A DNA stretch of 64,000 bases from Clostridia bacterium (GTDB lineage Bacteria; Bacillota; Clostridia; UBA1212): NCBI GenBank assembly GCA_017444825.1, contig JAFSVU010000020.1, positions 4,374 to 68,373 of the forward strand, read 5' to 3'. Position numbers and translations under genes: made by a program. Under the pieces are notes generated by a model. It saw only the letters and a list, made by a program, of their open reading frames with translations, was not told the DNA's origin and searched no databases. Below are positions 18,770-29,292 of the stretch, in pieces; position 1 is the first letter of the stretch; each line of letters opens with the position of its first letter.

Positions 18770-19678
18770 TCAAACCCCCAGAAGTTTGCCTATTTCTTCG
18801 GAAGAAAAGTTATATTTGCTGTTGCAGAAATGGCAGCAGAGCTCCGCTCCCTTCCCGTCGTCGCAGATCTCCTGCAGGTCCTTGCGTCCCATTGCCGCAA
18901 GAGCGCCCAGCATCTTCTCTCTTGAGCATCCGCATCTGTATTCAAAAGACCTTGTCTCTTTGATCTCGGGGGAGAAGCCATTCAGCACGTCTTCGGCCAC
19001 ATTGGTTATGGTCGCGCCTGCCGCAAGGAGTGTCGTTACGCTGGGCATCGAAGACATCCTCGTTTCAAGAGTCCCTATGAGTTCCTCATCCGCACCGGGC
19101 ATAAGCTGGAGTATGAAGCCGCCCGCCTTATCCACCAAAAAAGGTTCTTTTCCGCTCTCGTCGGGTCTCACTCTGACGCCAAGGGCCACGCTGGACGGCA
19201 CCTGTTCCGATGTCGCAAAGTAGTACGAAAGGTCGTCCGCTATCTCTCCGCTTACAAGAACGCTGGTCCCCACGTAAGGCTCCTTCATCGAAAGGTCCTT
19301 GATCACCCGGAGGAAGCCCTTGCCGACAGCGCCGCCCACGTCAAGCTTTCCGTCAGTCTCCCTGACGGGCAGCTCAAGCGACGGATTGTTCACGTAGCCC
19401 TTCACGTTTGCATGCACGTCCGAGACGCAGAGTATGCTTCCCAGGGGTCCCCTGCCGCTGACGTGGAGGGTTATCGAGTCGGTCTCGTTCTTAAGCTGGC
19501 CGGACATGAGAGCCGCCGCCGTAAGCGTCCGTCCCAGTGCGGCAGTTGCGACTGCGGAAGTCCGGTGGATGCGCCTTGCATCCTCACAGGCTTTAGTGGA
19601 CTCGCAGGCTGTCATCCTCACGAGGCCATCCGCCGCGGTAACCGTTATGATCGTATTTTGCATTTTATTGCTTTCCAT
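18770..19678 (-). CDS. hslO: Hsp33 redox-regulated chaperone
   Basis: 302 aa. N-terminal Hsp33 fold with ...VATAALGR.... C-terminal zinc centre CGCSRE...CHFCNSKY. Confidence 0.85.
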   Translation of the reverse strand: MESNKMQNTIITVTAADGLVRMTACESTKACEDARRIHRTSAVATAALGRTLTAAALMSGQLKNETDSITLHVSGRGPLGSILCVSDVHANVKGYVNNPSLELPVRETDGKLDVGGAVGKGFLRVIKDLSMKEPYVGTSVLVSGEIADDLSYYFATSEQVPSSVALGVRVRPDESGKEPFLVDKAGGFILQLMPGADEELIGTLETRMSSMPSVTTLLAAGATITNVAEDVLNGFSPEIKETRSFEYRCGCSREKMLGALAAMGRKDLQEICDDGKGAELCCHFCNSKYNFSSEEIGKLLGV

Positions 19679-19699
19679 TATGATTTCCTTTTGGTTATT

Positions 19700-21811
19700 T
19701 CAGATTTTTGTGTAAAAATAGATGATTCCGCTTCTTTTCGGGATCTTTACGGATATGCCCTCCATCGCCTTTTTTGACGACAATGTGAACTTTTCTCCGG
19801 TCTCGCCGTTCTCGAAGCAGTATTTCGCGCCCTTCTCCAGCACAGGCTTCAGTATGAACTCGTCCTCCGGAGCTTTCGTGTTTCTCACCACCTGGACAAA
19901 TCCGTCGCCCCTGTCGGGCCTGTCGAACTGCATTGCGTAATAGTCCTCATTCGACTTGCGGCACTCCGTCAGAGGGTAGTAGTCCCCGCCGATCATGTAC
20001 TCGGCCGCCCTGCGCCAAAGCTTTGTCATCCTGTTTCCGATCTCAAAGCGGTTCTCGTCGTCGTAATACTCGATCATTGACGTCAATGCCGGCGCCATCG
20101 CGCAGTGGTACGCGTACTCGTCGCTGGGTTTGCTCGCCCCCGGGGTGTAGTCGCCGTTCTCATCGTCCCAGTTGTAGGTGTGGGCCCTGAAATAGGGTAT
20201 CCATTCAAACATCATCCTGTGCTGCTTCTGTTTCACCGGATGGACGCCGTAACCAACGTCCGTGTAATGCAGCGCCACAGACCTTCTCATCGTCTCAAGA
20301 TCGTTCCGCCGTCCTCCTGAGGAGCAGGAGTCTATCAGGATGCCGGGATTGGCGTCAAGGATCCTGTCCCAGAGCTTGTAATAGCCAATGATATGAGTGT
20401 TTTCGGTCATTCCCGCCCGGTCCTCACCGTCCGCGGACTGCCAGGCGTTTGCAGGCGCAAAATTGAAGTCCTGTCTGTATATCTTCACACCGCCGTCCTT
20501 GATGATCTTGTTCACCGTTTCGATGGCCCAGTCAAGGCATTCGGAATTTCCCAGATTCAGAAGATTGAACGACGGCACGTTCATGCGCCCCTCGTCCGGC
20601 TCTCTTATGATCCACTCAGGTTTGTTTTTGTCAAGCCACGTGTCCACGTGCACCCTTTCCAGCTCAAACCAGAGAAGCAGCGCAATATCGTTCTCCGTGC
20701 ACTTTTTCCCGACAGGTCCCAGGCCGTTCGGAAAGTTTTCCGGATTCGGCCACCAGTTGCCGGTCACTACCCAATGGCCGTCGCAGGGATACCATCCGGC
20801 ATCTATCCACCAAACGTCGGGCTTCATTCCCTTTCGGATGTATTCATCAATGGCCGCCAATTGGTTCTGCTCGGTGCACCCGGTAAACTCCTCCTTGCCG
20901 TCGATCATCCACGTGTGAAGGCAGAGCAGCGGTTTGATAGGCTTCCCGCCCATGTCCGGCACGATGTGTTTGAACATCCAGCGTCTCCACATGTTCCTGC
21001 TCCTCGCCTCGTCCCCTTTGGAACACATCAACGTGAGCCTCGGTGTCCTGACTGTCTCTCCCGGCTTCAGGTAGGTTCTGAAATTCTTCTGCTTCGCGTA
21101 AACTCTCACGCCGCCCTTTTCCGGCTTGAAGCCCGCCTCCCAGCCTCCGGTCCAACCGACAGCCATGTTGACGCAGCAATCTTTGAATATCAACCTGAAA
21201 TAAGGCAGCGCCCCGCAGCAAGACACGCCAGAGGAAGGGGAATACACCAGTTCCCTGTCCACCGGGTCCTTCCACATCTCATACCCCTCATCGTTACATG
21301 TGTCTCCGTTCCCGTGGTAGAGCACCGGCGAGCTCCCTTTTATGAGGCGGTCTCCCACCTTTACGTTTTCAAGTATCTTGCTTTTTTGCGAAAAATCAAC
21401 GGAAGCCGCCGCCACGTTTCCCTCAAGTCCCGCATAGCTGAGGAAAAAGATCCACTCGCAGACCGGGAAGTCGGGATACTCGTTAAAATGCGCCACGACC
21501 TCAAGACCGTCGTCGTTCCTGCCTGCAATGACTGTGGTCTTTCTGCCGCTCATCAGGTCTTCTCTTACCTCGATGACCATTGGCGAAAATTCCTCCGGGA
21601 TCCCCCTGAACTCCTCTCCGCCGTATGTAAACGATAGCGGAATGCTGCCGAAATCCTCCCCGTCAAAGCGAAAGACATTTCCGGCAAAACCAAAATCATC
21701 CGTTGTCGCAGCAATCCTGTCCATTGGGCCCTCCGTAAATATATAGAACTTTGCGTCTGCGGCACCCGCCGCACCTGCTGGATTTATATCACAAATACCC
21801 GCCGTATTCAA
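19700..21811 (-). CDS. Alpha-galactosidase-like glycoside hydrolase (GH36 family)
   Basis: 703 aa. WWIDAGWY, YRQDFN and DSCSSGGRR motifs are characteristic of GH36 melibiases. Confidence 0.7.
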   Translation of the reverse strand: MNTAGICDINPAGAAGAADAKFYIFTEGPMDRIAATTDDFGFAGNVFRFDGEDFGSIPLSFTYGGEEFRGIPEEFSPMVIEVREDLMSGRKTTVIAGRNDDGLEVVAHFNEYPDFPVCEWIFFLSYAGLEGNVAAASVDFSQKSKILENVKVGDRLIKGSSPVLYHGNGDTCNDEGYEMWKDPVDRELVYSPSSGVSCCGALPYFRLIFKDCCVNMAVGWTGGWEAGFKPEKGGVRVYAKQKNFRTYLKPGETVRTPRLTLMCSKGDEARSRNMWRRWMFKHIVPDMGGKPIKPLLCLHTWMIDGKEEFTGCTEQNQLAAIDEYIRKGMKPDVWWIDAGWYPCDGHWVVTGNWWPNPENFPNGLGPVGKKCTENDIALLLWFELERVHVDTWLDKNKPEWIIREPDEGRMNVPSFNLLNLGNSECLDWAIETVNKIIKDGGVKIYRQDFNFAPANAWQSADGEDRAGMTENTHIIGYYKLWDRILDANPGILIDSCSSGGRRNDLETMRRSVALHYTDVGYGVHPVKQKQHRMMFEWIPYFRAHTYNWDDENGDYTPGASKPSDEYAYHCAMAPALTSMIEYYDDENRFEIGNRMTKLWRRAAEYMIGGDYYPLTECRKSNEDYYAMQFDRPDRGDGFVQVVRNTKAPEDEFILKPVLEKGAKYCFENGETGEKFTLSSKKAMEGISVKIPKRSGIIYFYTKI

Positions 21812-21814
21812 TAA

Positions 21815-22128
21815 GAACAGTATGCTTGTTTCCCAATACCTCTTACTTCTTACCTCTTACTTCTTACCTCTTACCTTGTCCGGCACCGCTCTAACCCGAA
21901 GCGGCACCCCTTACGTCTCGCACCTTGCATCTCGTCACTTGGCTGCACTTCGTGCAGAATCGTTCCTCGATGAAATGTGGTCGACGTGGGCCCACTATTA
22001 CTTTTTACCTGTTACTTAGTCCGGCACCGCTTACGCAGTGACCTCTTACCTATTACCTCTTACCTCTTACCTCTTACTTATTACTTTGTCCGGCACCGCT
22101 CCAACCCAAAGCGGCACCCCTCAAACAG
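21815..22128. repeat. Structured intergenic repeat locus A (reverse orientation). TTACC(T/C)CT heptad runs plus GTCCGGCACCGC / AGCGGCACCCC boxes, two copies.
   Basis: ttacctcttacttcttacctcttacc..gtccggcaccgctctaacccgaagcggcacccc, and again at 22060-22125. Same modules as loci B-E. Confidence 0.8.
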
Positions 22129-22269
22129 TTTAGCTTTTTTTCAGCATTTATACTATAATACCATTGTAACCGCAAATCAGTCAGCGCCGGGAGTAAAAAC
22201 GCCTGCTCACGCAGACGTTAAGGCAGACAATTGAAAAGAAAGGAGCAACCCCGGCAGAGGAGGAATTCT

Positions 22270-22950
22270 ATGCAAATACTGTTGGTCGAGGACGAGCTCC
22301 GGCTCGCAAAAGCTCTCAAGCAGATACTTGAGGAGAATAAATACATTGTTGATACCGTAGCCAACGGCCTTGACGGCTACGAGTACGGGGTCAGCGGCAT
22401 CTATGACGTCATCGTGCTGGACGTTATGCTCCCTAAAATGGACGGAATGCAGGTGGCCAGAAAGCTTCGCGAGAACGGAGTCAGCACACCGATCATCATG
22501 CTCACCGCGAAGGACAGCATCAGGGACAAGATCAACGGCCTTGACAGCGGCGCGGACGACTACATGACAAAACCGTTTTCGCCGAACGAGTTATTGGCGA
22601 GGATCAGAGCTCTCACCCGGAGATATTCAGAGGTGCTGGCTGAAGTCACCGAATTTGGCGATTTTTCCTTCAACACCTCCGTCAACGAGATCTCACGCGG
22701 CGACAAGAGCATCAAGCTCAACTTCAAGGAGGCCGAGATACTGAAGCTGCTTCTTTCGAGGAAAAACGTGCCCGTTGCCAAGGAAGACATCATAACCAAG
22801 GTCTGGGGGCTGCAGTCCGAAGCCAGCGACTCGAACGTTGAGGCTTACATAAGCTTCGTGAGGAAGAAAATGGCCTTCATCGGCTCCGAAGTGACCATAG
22901 TTTCCTACAAGAAAAAAGGCTATATGCTGGAGAACGCCAATGCTAAATAA
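22270..22950 (+). CDS. OmpR-family response regulator
   Basis: MQILLVEDE... receiver domain plus winged-helix C-terminus. GGAGG RBS 5 nt upstream of ATG 22270. The track's upstream M at 22231 is rejected. Confidence 0.85.
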   Translation: MQILLVEDELRLAKALKQILEENKYIVDTVANGLDGYEYGVSGIYDVIVLDVMLPKMDGMQVARKLRENGVSTPIIMLTAKDSIRDKINGLDSGADDYMTKPFSPNELLARIRALTRRYSEVLAEVTEFGDFSFNTSVNEISRGDKSIKLNFKEAEILKLLLSRKNVPVAKEDIITKVWGLQSEASDSNVEAYISFVRKKMAFIGSEVTIVSYKKKGYMLENANAK

Positions 22951-24307
22951 GCTCAGGAACAAAATAGTACTGACCAATCTGATCTTCGTCGGGGTGCTTC
23001 TCATCGTGATCAGCGTCGTTTTGTGCGTCGCCATCGCCAATAACGAGCTCTTCAAAATGAACAAGCGCCTTGATCTGGCTGTCAGGTATGTTTCGGAGGC
23101 GCCGGAAGCGGATTTCATGAGAAGCTTCGGCTTTGAAACGAACAGGAATTCAGGCGTCTTCAACGGAGAAGACAGCGAAAGCGAAGACGGCGAAGACCCG
23201 GCTCCAAAAAGGCCCGACGGGACCAGGCCCCCTCTTCCTGACGGCGCAACAGATGTCATCATAGAAAACGGAGCGAGGCAGACCATTGACGGGGCCGCTT
23301 TTTCAGTGCTTCTTGATGCTGAAGGAAACATTCTGTCAAAGAAGCAGTTTTTTGCTTCAATGGATGATGAATCGCTTGCCTATGCCCTTGCCAAGGTTGA
23401 GTCGGCGGGAACGCTCCGCGGAACCGTTTCAGAGCTGGACCTTGCCTTTGCGAAAAAAAACACTGTTTTGGGCACCGCCGTAGCTTTTACCAGCAAGACG
23501 GAGGCCGATACGACCATCAGGAATTCTATCATCATTGCCGCAGGTCTTGATATCGTGATACTTGCTTTCGTGGCCCTCATCAGCTTCAGATTGGCGTCGC
23601 TCAGCGTCAAGCCGGTCAGAGAGGCCTGGGACAGTCAGAAGAGGTTCATTGCCGACGCGTCCCACGAGCTGAAAACACCGCTCACGGTTATACTTGCGAA
23701 CAACAGCATCCTGGAGCTCAGCGAAAAGGACCCGAATAACATGCAATGGCTCGAAAGCAACCGCTACGAGGCCGAAAGGATGCAGAAGCTCATCGAGGAG
23801 ATGCTTTTCCTGGCAAAGAACGACGAGGGAGGCTACAGACTTTTCCTTGGTGAAGCCGATATTTCCGATATCGCCGAGCAGACATGCCTCAGCTTTGAGC
23901 CGGTGGCGTTTGACCAGAGTGTTTTTATCGAGACCGCTATCGAGAAGGACGTCAGGATCACGACAGACTCGTCAATGGTGGAGAAGGTGCTCATTGTCCT
24001 CATCGACAATGCCGTGAAGCATTCCCCGGAAGGCGGCACAGTCACCCTTTCCCTTGAGAAGGATGCAAAGAACGTCAGATTGTCCGTTCACAACACGGGC
24101 GAGCCTATCGCCAAGGACGACCTCCCCCACATTTTCGAGCGGTTCTACAAGGCCGACACGTCAAGGGTCGCTGATTCCGCCAAAAGCGGATTCGGGCTGG
24201 GCCTTGCGATCGCCCATGACATAGTTGAGAAGCTGGGCGGCACCATCACCGCAAAGAGCAGTTCCGAAGAAGGCACCACGTTTACGGTGACTCTGAAAAA
24301 CCAATAA
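22940..24307 (+). CDS. Sensor histidine kinase (two TM, HAMP, HisKA, HATPase)
   Basis: 455 aa. H-box FIADASHELKTPL. G-boxes GFGLGLAIA and GGTI. Overlaps the RR stop. Confidence 0.85.
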   Translation: MLNKLRNKIVLTNLIFVGVLLIVISVVLCVAIANNELFKMNKRLDLAVRYVSEAPEADFMRSFGFETNRNSGVFNGEDSESEDGEDPAPKRPDGTRPPLPDGATDVIIENGARQTIDGAAFSVLLDAEGNILSKKQFFASMDDESLAYALAKVESAGTLRGTVSELDLAFAKKNTVLGTAVAFTSKTEADTTIRNSIIIAAGLDIVILAFVALISFRLASLSVKPVREAWDSQKRFIADASHELKTPLTVILANNSILELSEKDPNNMQWLESNRYEAERMQKLIEEMLFLAKNDEGGYRLFLGEADISDIAEQTCLSFEPVAFDQSVFIETAIEKDVRITTDSSMVEKVLIVLIDNAVKHSPEGGTVTLSLEKDAKNVRLSVHNTGEPIAKDDLPHIFERFYKADTSRVADSAKSGFGLGLAIAHDIVEKLGGTITAKSSSEEGTTFTVTLKNQ

Positions 24308-24452
24308 ACACTGCCGCGGCACGGTTTCAGGCTTGACCCGGGCTTGATTCTCCCGGGTCTCGGGCTTTACTCACGGCCGCCAAAGTGTTATTATTAGTAT
24401 ATCTATGCAGTCCGGCTGCATAAGTTCTTGTTTGAAAAGAAGCGCAGGTATT

Positions 24453-25844
24453 ATGAGATTCAAACCGTTCAAGGGTAATAACGTTGTAAGACTGGCAGCA
24501 TTCATCATTGCTTTCGCGGTGTTCTTCGGCGGCATTGTCGTCGTCCATTCAGAGGACTACAAAGGCGACATCAGCGACACGAAGGAGCAGATAGACGAGG
24601 CGAATAAAAAGCTTTCGGGCATTCAACAGCTTATAAAGGAAAGGCAGGACTCTCTGGACAGGATGGCAAGCGATATCCTTGCCCTGGAGGCTGAAAAGAT
24701 CAGCCAGATGACCGACAAGGAAGCCGCGATTTCCGAGCTCAAGGAACTCAAGAAGAGTATCGAGAACTTTGACGATGAGATCGCAGCCATGGAAGCCAAG
24801 CATGATGAGCTTGAGGCCCTCTTCCTTGACCGTTCGAGAGCGATGTACCAGTCATCCACAGACTTCGAGCTTCTTTCGGTATTGTTCCAGTCGACCAGCC
24901 TCTTTGATTTTCTCCGCAGGCTTGATATTCACCGCACGATGATCAAGGAGGACAGAGAGCTCATGGAGAGCGTCCGCGAAAGCGAAAGGCAGCTGGAAAA
25001 GAAGAAGGAACAGCAGAAGATCATCGCAGAGAACAAAGAGCAGGTGCTTGCGGACCTGGAACAGGCGATAGCGGAGCTTGAAAGCAACACAGACTTCGTT
25101 GCCGAAAACTATCTGAATCTCTCGGCAATGATCCAGGACCTTGAGGAAGAACAGAACGATTATTCCTCCGAAATAAATGCCCTGACCAAGAAGCTGAACG
25201 ACCTCGAAAAGAAGCAGCGCGAAGCCGAGGAAGCAGCAAGGAAGGCCGAAGAAGAGCGCAAACGCAAAGAAGAGGAAGCCAGAAAAGCTGCAGACGCGGA
25301 GAAGAAAAGGCTTGAAGAAGAAGCCAAAAGAGCTGCCGAAGAGGCGGAGAGGCTAAAACGCGAAGCCGAAGCTGCCGCAAGAGCCAAGGAAGAAGCCGAG
25401 CGGGAAGCGGGTGAGGCGATCCAGTCCCACAACAATCCCGCAGACTGGAACTTCTGCTGGCCCCTCGCAAACTACGTATGCTTCACCGGAAGATTCGGCT
25501 ACAGAGTCCACCCCATCACCGGCGCATGGCAGCTCCACGCGGGAGTTGACATTGCCGCGGCAGGAGGCACCAAGATATACGCCGCACAATCCGGCACGGT
25601 AAGCATGTCCAGGAACAACGGCGCATACGGTCTGACCGTCATAATCGACCACGGACAGGGCCTCCAGACCGTCTACGGACACTGCAGCAAACTCCTCGTC
25701 AGCGAAGGTCAGCACGTTGAAAGAGGCCAGACCATCGCCCTCGTGGGAATGACCGGCGGCGCCACCGGCAACCACCTCCACTTCGAGGTCCGCGAATGGA
25801 CAGTGCCGGTCGATCCGATGCCTTATATCGAAGGAAAGTATTGA
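24453..25844 (+). CDS. M23-family metallopeptidase with N-terminal TM and long coiled-coil (EnvC/PcsB-like)
   Basis: HAGVDIAAAGGTKIYAAQSGTV ... GNHLHFEVRE (LytM/M23). N-terminal Glu/Lys/Ala-rich coiled coil. Alternative upstream ATG at 24405. Confidence 0.75.
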   Translation: MRFKPFKGNNVVRLAAFIIAFAVFFGGIVVVHSEDYKGDISDTKEQIDEANKKLSGIQQLIKERQDSLDRMASDILALEAEKISQMTDKEAAISELKELKKSIENFDDEIAAMEAKHDELEALFLDRSRAMYQSSTDFELLSVLFQSTSLFDFLRRLDIHRTMIKEDRELMESVRESERQLEKKKEQQKIIAENKEQVLADLEQAIAELESNTDFVAENYLNLSAMIQDLEEEQNDYSSEINALTKKLNDLEKKQREAEEAARKAEEERKRKEEEARKAADAEKKRLEEEAKRAAEEAERLKREAEAAARAKEEAEREAGEAIQSHNNPADWNFCWPLANYVCFTGRFGYRVHPITGAWQLHAGVDIAAAGGTKIYAAQSGTVSMSRNNGAYGLTVIIDHGQGLQTVYGHCSKLLVSEGQHVERGQTIALVGMTGGATGNHLHFEVREWTVPVDPMPYIEGKY

Positions 25845-25847
25845 TTT

Positions 25848-25992
25848 AAGGGAGTGCCGCATTTAGTTAGAGGGAGTGCCGCCCAAGGTAATAAGTAAGA
25901 GGTAATAGGTAAGAAGTGACTGCGTGAGGGCGTGCCGCCTTAAGTAATAAGTAACTGCGAAAGAAGTGCCTTCTTAAGTAATAAGAAACAGA
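25848..25992. repeat. Structured intergenic repeat locus B
   Basis: GGGAGTGCCGCatttagTTAGAGGGAGTGCCGCCcaaGGTAATAAGTAAGAGGTAATAGGTAAGAAG then TGACTGCGTGAGGGCGTGCCGCC then TAAGTAATAAG...AAGAAGTGCC. Confidence 0.8.
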
Positions 25993-26094
25993 TAAAAAAG
26001 CAAGAAAATATAGGTGAAAAGGCGTCGGGGTTCAAAGAAGTCCCGGCGTCGTTTTTTATGGTGTTTTGGCATCCTTGCAGGTAAATATCCACTG

Positions 26095-26123
26095 TTGACA
26101 ATATAACGGTTTGCCGTTATAAT
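26095..26123 (+). promoter_or_regulatory. Promoter TTGACA-17-TATAAT for the XRE regulator gene
   Basis: ttgacaatataacggtttgccgttataat, followed by AGGTGA RBS and ATG 26146. Confidence 0.5.
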
Positions 26124-26145
26124 TGTTGGGAGGCAGGTGAATACC

Positions 26146-26715
26146 ATGAGTGTAAGCGAAATCATAAGTCAAAAACATTTATCCAAATACCGTGTTGCTA
26201 AGGACAGCAACATTCCGTATATGACACTTAATGACATTTGCAACGGCAAAGCTCGTCTCGATAAATGCAGTGCAGATACGGTATATAAACTTGCGAAAGT
26301 GCTTAACGTATCTATGGAGGAACTATTGGAACCGTATGTTTCGCCTCGTCCGTCTTTCGATCTGTTTAAAAGCAACGTATGTCACAGGCTCAAGGAACTT
26401 GGCGATATAGATTTCTTGATTGACACTATAGAAAGCGATGACATCACGAAGTATTATAAAAGATCATGGTACCCGGAAAGCCTTTATCTGCTGGCTATGG
26501 TGGACTACATAAGTCGAATCAACAATGTCCCGATCTGCGATGCCTACACCGATATCCGCAGAGCAAAGCTGAAAGATACTGTTTTTCCGTCAAGCGTCAT
26601 CGCCGCCTCAGCTGTAATGAGAGATGAAAGTATTCTGGAAAGAGCAAAGAAAGAATCGATTCCGGAATTCATGCGATTTAATATCGTAGAAAGCGATGTG
26701 AGAAATGTAGATTAA
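26146..26715 (+). CDS. XRE-family HTH transcriptional regulator with an uncharacterised C-terminal domain
   Basis: HTH segment LSKYRVAKDSNIPYMTLNDICNGKARLDKCSADTVYKLAKVLNVSMEEL. ATG 26146 preferred over GTG 26137. Confidence 0.6.
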   Translation: MSVSEIISQKHLSKYRVAKDSNIPYMTLNDICNGKARLDKCSADTVYKLAKVLNVSMEELLEPYVSPRPSFDLFKSNVCHRLKELGDIDFLIDTIESDDITKYYKRSWYPESLYLLAMVDYISRINNVPICDAYTDIRRAKLKDTVFPSSVIAASAVMRDESILERAKKESIPEFMRFNIVESDVRNVD

Positions 26716-26717
26716 AA

Positions 26718-26745
26718 AGGGGCCTTGAGGCCCCTGATCTATATC
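26718..26745 (+). terminator. Hairpin AGGGGCC-ttga-GGCCCCT after the regulator gene
   Basis: Perfect 7-bp stem. The downstream tract is not T-rich, so it is a weak intrinsic terminator. Confidence 0.35.
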
Positions 26746-26778
26746 TGTTCGAATACTTTGTAATGTCTGTGACTGTTA

Positions 26779-26952
26779 CCGGTCAGCTGAGTTTATTTCT
26801 GGCCACCTATTACCTTTTACCTTTTACTTATTACCTCTTAGCGGCACTCCCTTAAACCTTTACTTATTACCTGAGCGGCACTCCCTTAAACCTTTACTTA
26901 TTACTTTGTCCGGCACCGCTCTAACTAAGGGGGCACCCCTTCCGCAGGCACT
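26779..26952. repeat. Structured intergenic repeat locus C (reverse orientation)
   Basis: ttaccttttaccttttacttattacctcttaGCGGCACTCCCttaaacctttacttattacctgaGCGGCACTCCC...ttgtccggcaccgctctaactaagggggcacccc...ggcacttctt. Confidence 0.8.
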
Positions 26953-26954
26953 TC

Positions 26955-27515
26955 TTACTTGCCAAACAGCATCCCTTCCTCAAGCTTATCCGCCGCATTG
27001 CCAAGGCCCAAAGCCCGCAGGATCTCATAAGAAAAAGCCAAAGCCGTGCCGGGGCCTCTTGATGTGATGATATTGGCGTCGCGGACCACTCTGTCTTCAA
27101 CGTAGGACCCGCAGGATTCCATCTTTATCGAGCCCGGATACGAAGTTGCCTTGCGGCCGGAAAGCAGCCCTGCCCTCTCCAGAACGCAGGGAGCGGCACA
27201 TATTGCGCAAACAAGTTTGCCGTCGCTGAAAAAACGCTTGACGCACTCGATAACGCCGTCATTGTCTCTCAAGAGATGGGCATTGGGGAGGCCTCCCGGA
27301 AGAACTACCGCATCATAGCCTATGCCAGCCTTCTCCTTTTCGCCAAAGGGTTTGTCGGCTCTGACCCCGATGCCGTGGGAGCCGTTCATAATGTCATTTC
27401 CGGGCACCGAGCAAAGGGTTACCGAAACGTTCGCCCTTCTCAGCACGTCCACCACGGAAAGCGCCTCTATCTCTTCAAAACCTTCGCAGCAAAGGACCAA
27501 TACCGATCTGTTCAT
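26955..27515 (-). CDS. DJ-1/PfpI (ThiJ) family protein
   Basis: MNRSVLVLCCEGFEEIEALSVVDVLRR... with nucleophile elbow AICAAP. GGGAGG RBS before ATG 27515. The track's longer N-terminus is rejected. Confidence 0.8.
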   Translation of the reverse strand: MNRSVLVLCCEGFEEIEALSVVDVLRRANVSVTLCSVPGNDIMNGSHGIGVRADKPFGEKEKAGIGYDAVVLPGGLPNAHLLRDNDGVIECVKRFFSDGKLVCAICAAPCVLERAGLLSGRKATSYPGSIKMESCGSYVEDRVVRDANIITSRGPGTALAFSYEILRALGLGNAADKLEEGMLFGK

Positions 27516-27603
27516 AATATACCTCCCGAACACTTTGGTTTCATAAAATTTCAAAAAAGCCGCGGGATAGCCCGCGGCCTGATAAAGCTGTTAAACTGTC
27601 AGA

Positions 27604-29292
27604 TCAGCTTGCGGTTCCGAAAACCTTTTCGGAAGCCTTGGCGATGTTCTTATCGTCCTTGCCGGTAACAGCGTATTTGGTGCCTGCATCCTTGACTGTG
27701 TCTTTTACCATGTCATTGGTAGTGGCGGTCTTGAGAACCCTGATGACCACTGCTCTTACGCTGAGGATCGTGTTCTCATCGGCCTCGTCCTCGGAAGGCT
27801 CTTCCTCGGTGCTGTTTTCAAGGTCATAAACATTGATGCACTTAACGATGTAGTAGTAGCTTCCGTCCTGGATGAGGATCAGCTTGGTCTCTTTGAACTT
27901 ACCGTCCTCGGTAACGCTCTCGAGAGTATAGTCGTTGTTGTACTCTGCCCAGGGATCGGTGTCCTCGTCCTCTTTGTCATCGTCGGACTTATCGGCATCA
28001 GCATCAGCCTCAGTTTCGGTCTTTTCCTCGCTGTCGGCAGCCTCTTCGGCATCTTCTTCCTTCGCCCATCTGGTAAGGAGGTCGGATGCTACAGCAGTGC
28101 GGGTGTCGTCGGTCCAGTCAATGGATTCCGCAAACACATCCATCAGATTGCTCTTGGAGGGTTCGCCGTAGAACAGGGTCACACCCTTCTCGTTCATATC
28201 GCTGTCGTACTTCTCGCCCTCTTTTGCTATAATGTCTTCAAATGTGGCGTTTTCGTAAACAGCAACCTCTTTGATGGCATTTCCGTCTGCGTCTTTATTG
28301 CCCGTATCAAGTTCCTTGATGCCCTTGCCGGAATACTTACCGTCGTTCAGCAGTGCCTGATAGATCGTCTCCACCAGCTCGGCAGTCTTCTTGTTTTCCT
28401 CTTCCCAGGTCTTGAGTTTCTCCTCGTACTCGGCTTTTTTCGTCAAATAAGTGTTATATTCCTCGAGTTTGCTCTTGTACTCAACGTACTCGGTGGACGT
28501 CTCATCCTCGGTCTCGGGCTTTACGGGCTCCTCAACAGCTGTGGGCTCGGTGGGCTTGGATCCGCCTTTGCTTATCGCCAATGCGGCAAGCTCGATCCTG
28601 CGGTACTCTACTTTATTGGCTTCGTACTCGTCCTTAATAGCCTGTTCGCCTTTGGAAACGACTTTCTCGGTATCCTCGTCAATGTATCTGAGATCTTCAA
28701 CGTTGAGCTTCTCCGAGATGGAAGTCTTGTAGTTACTGATGGCCTGGCTCTTCACCGAATACTGCACGAACTCATTGATCTCGTCGTATTTAACGTTTGC
28801 TCCGGTCATGAGCGTGGTGACCTGGTCAAGAGTGTAAGAAGGGTACTGGTAGTTCTTGTAGTACTGGATCGCATTGATTACATTGGTGGAGTACTGGTTC
28901 TTTTCAGCCTTTGAAAGAGCAAAGCCGTTCTTCTTAGCCAGCAGATATTCCGCATAAAACTCTCTTACGTCTTCAAGAGCCTTTTCCTCGGCCTCTTTGA
29001 TCTTTTCTGCCGTCCAGAAAGTTTTTGAATCATAATTCTCGTCGTTTTCCGACGCTTCCGACTGCATCTCGGACTTTGTCTGGTCAAGGAACAGTCTGTA
29101 ATCGAATACAGATATCTTCGTTCCGTCAACGGAACCGACATAAGAACTGGTAGCTGTGTTGATAATGAGCGCAGCCAGAATTCCGGCAACGACAACTACG
29201 ACTGCAATGGAGACAATTATAATTATCTTCGAGTCAAAGTTTGAGACCTTTTTCGCTGTGGGCCTCTTTTTGTCATAAACACCTTTAGCCAC
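27604..29292 (-). CDS. Membrane-anchored protein with SurA-N/PrsA-like chaperone region and acidic C-terminal tail
   Basis: 562 aa with a single N-terminal TM. VGSVDGTKISVFDYRLFL resembles the SurA N-terminal domain. No PPIase motif recognised. Confidence 0.45.
   Translation of the reverse strand: MAKGVYDKKRPTAKKVSNFDSKIIIIVSIAVVVVVAGILAALIINTATSSYVGSVDGTKISVFDYRLFLDQTKSEMQSEASENDENYDSKTFWTAEKIKEAEEKALEDVREFYAEYLLAKKNGFALSKAEKNQYSTNVINAIQYYKNYQYPSYTLDQVTTLMTGANVKYDEINEFVQYSVKSQAISNYKTSISEKLNVEDLRYIDEDTEKVVSKGEQAIKDEYEANKVEYRRIELAALAISKGGSKPTEPTAVEEPVKPETEDETSTEYVEYKSKLEEYNTYLTKKAEYEEKLKTWEEENKKTAELVETIYQALLNDGKYSGKGIKELDTGNKDADGNAIKEVAVYENATFEDIIAKEGEKYDSDMNEKGVTLFYGEPSKSNLMDVFAESIDWTDDTRTAVASDLLTRWAKEEDAEEAADSEEKTETEADADADKSDDDKEDEDTDPWAEYNNDYTLESVTEDGKFKETKLILIQDGSYYYIVKCINVYDLENSTEEEPSEDEADENTILSVRAVVIRVLKTATTNDMVKDTVKDAGTKYAVTGKDDKNIAKASEKVFGTAS

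Noticed and set aside
20393-21637. 414-aa plus-strand ORF
   Set aside because: Antisense to the GH36 gene.
21815-22128. Possible CRISPR array (short tandem repeats in several intergenic regions)
   Set aside because: Repeat unit is only 7 nt with no unique spacers. No cas genes. Architecture is a mosaic element, not repeat-spacer.
22231-22269. Upstream M start for the response regulator
   Set aside because: GGAGG RBS is positioned for ATG 22270. The extension adds an Arg-rich leader not seen in OmpR receivers.
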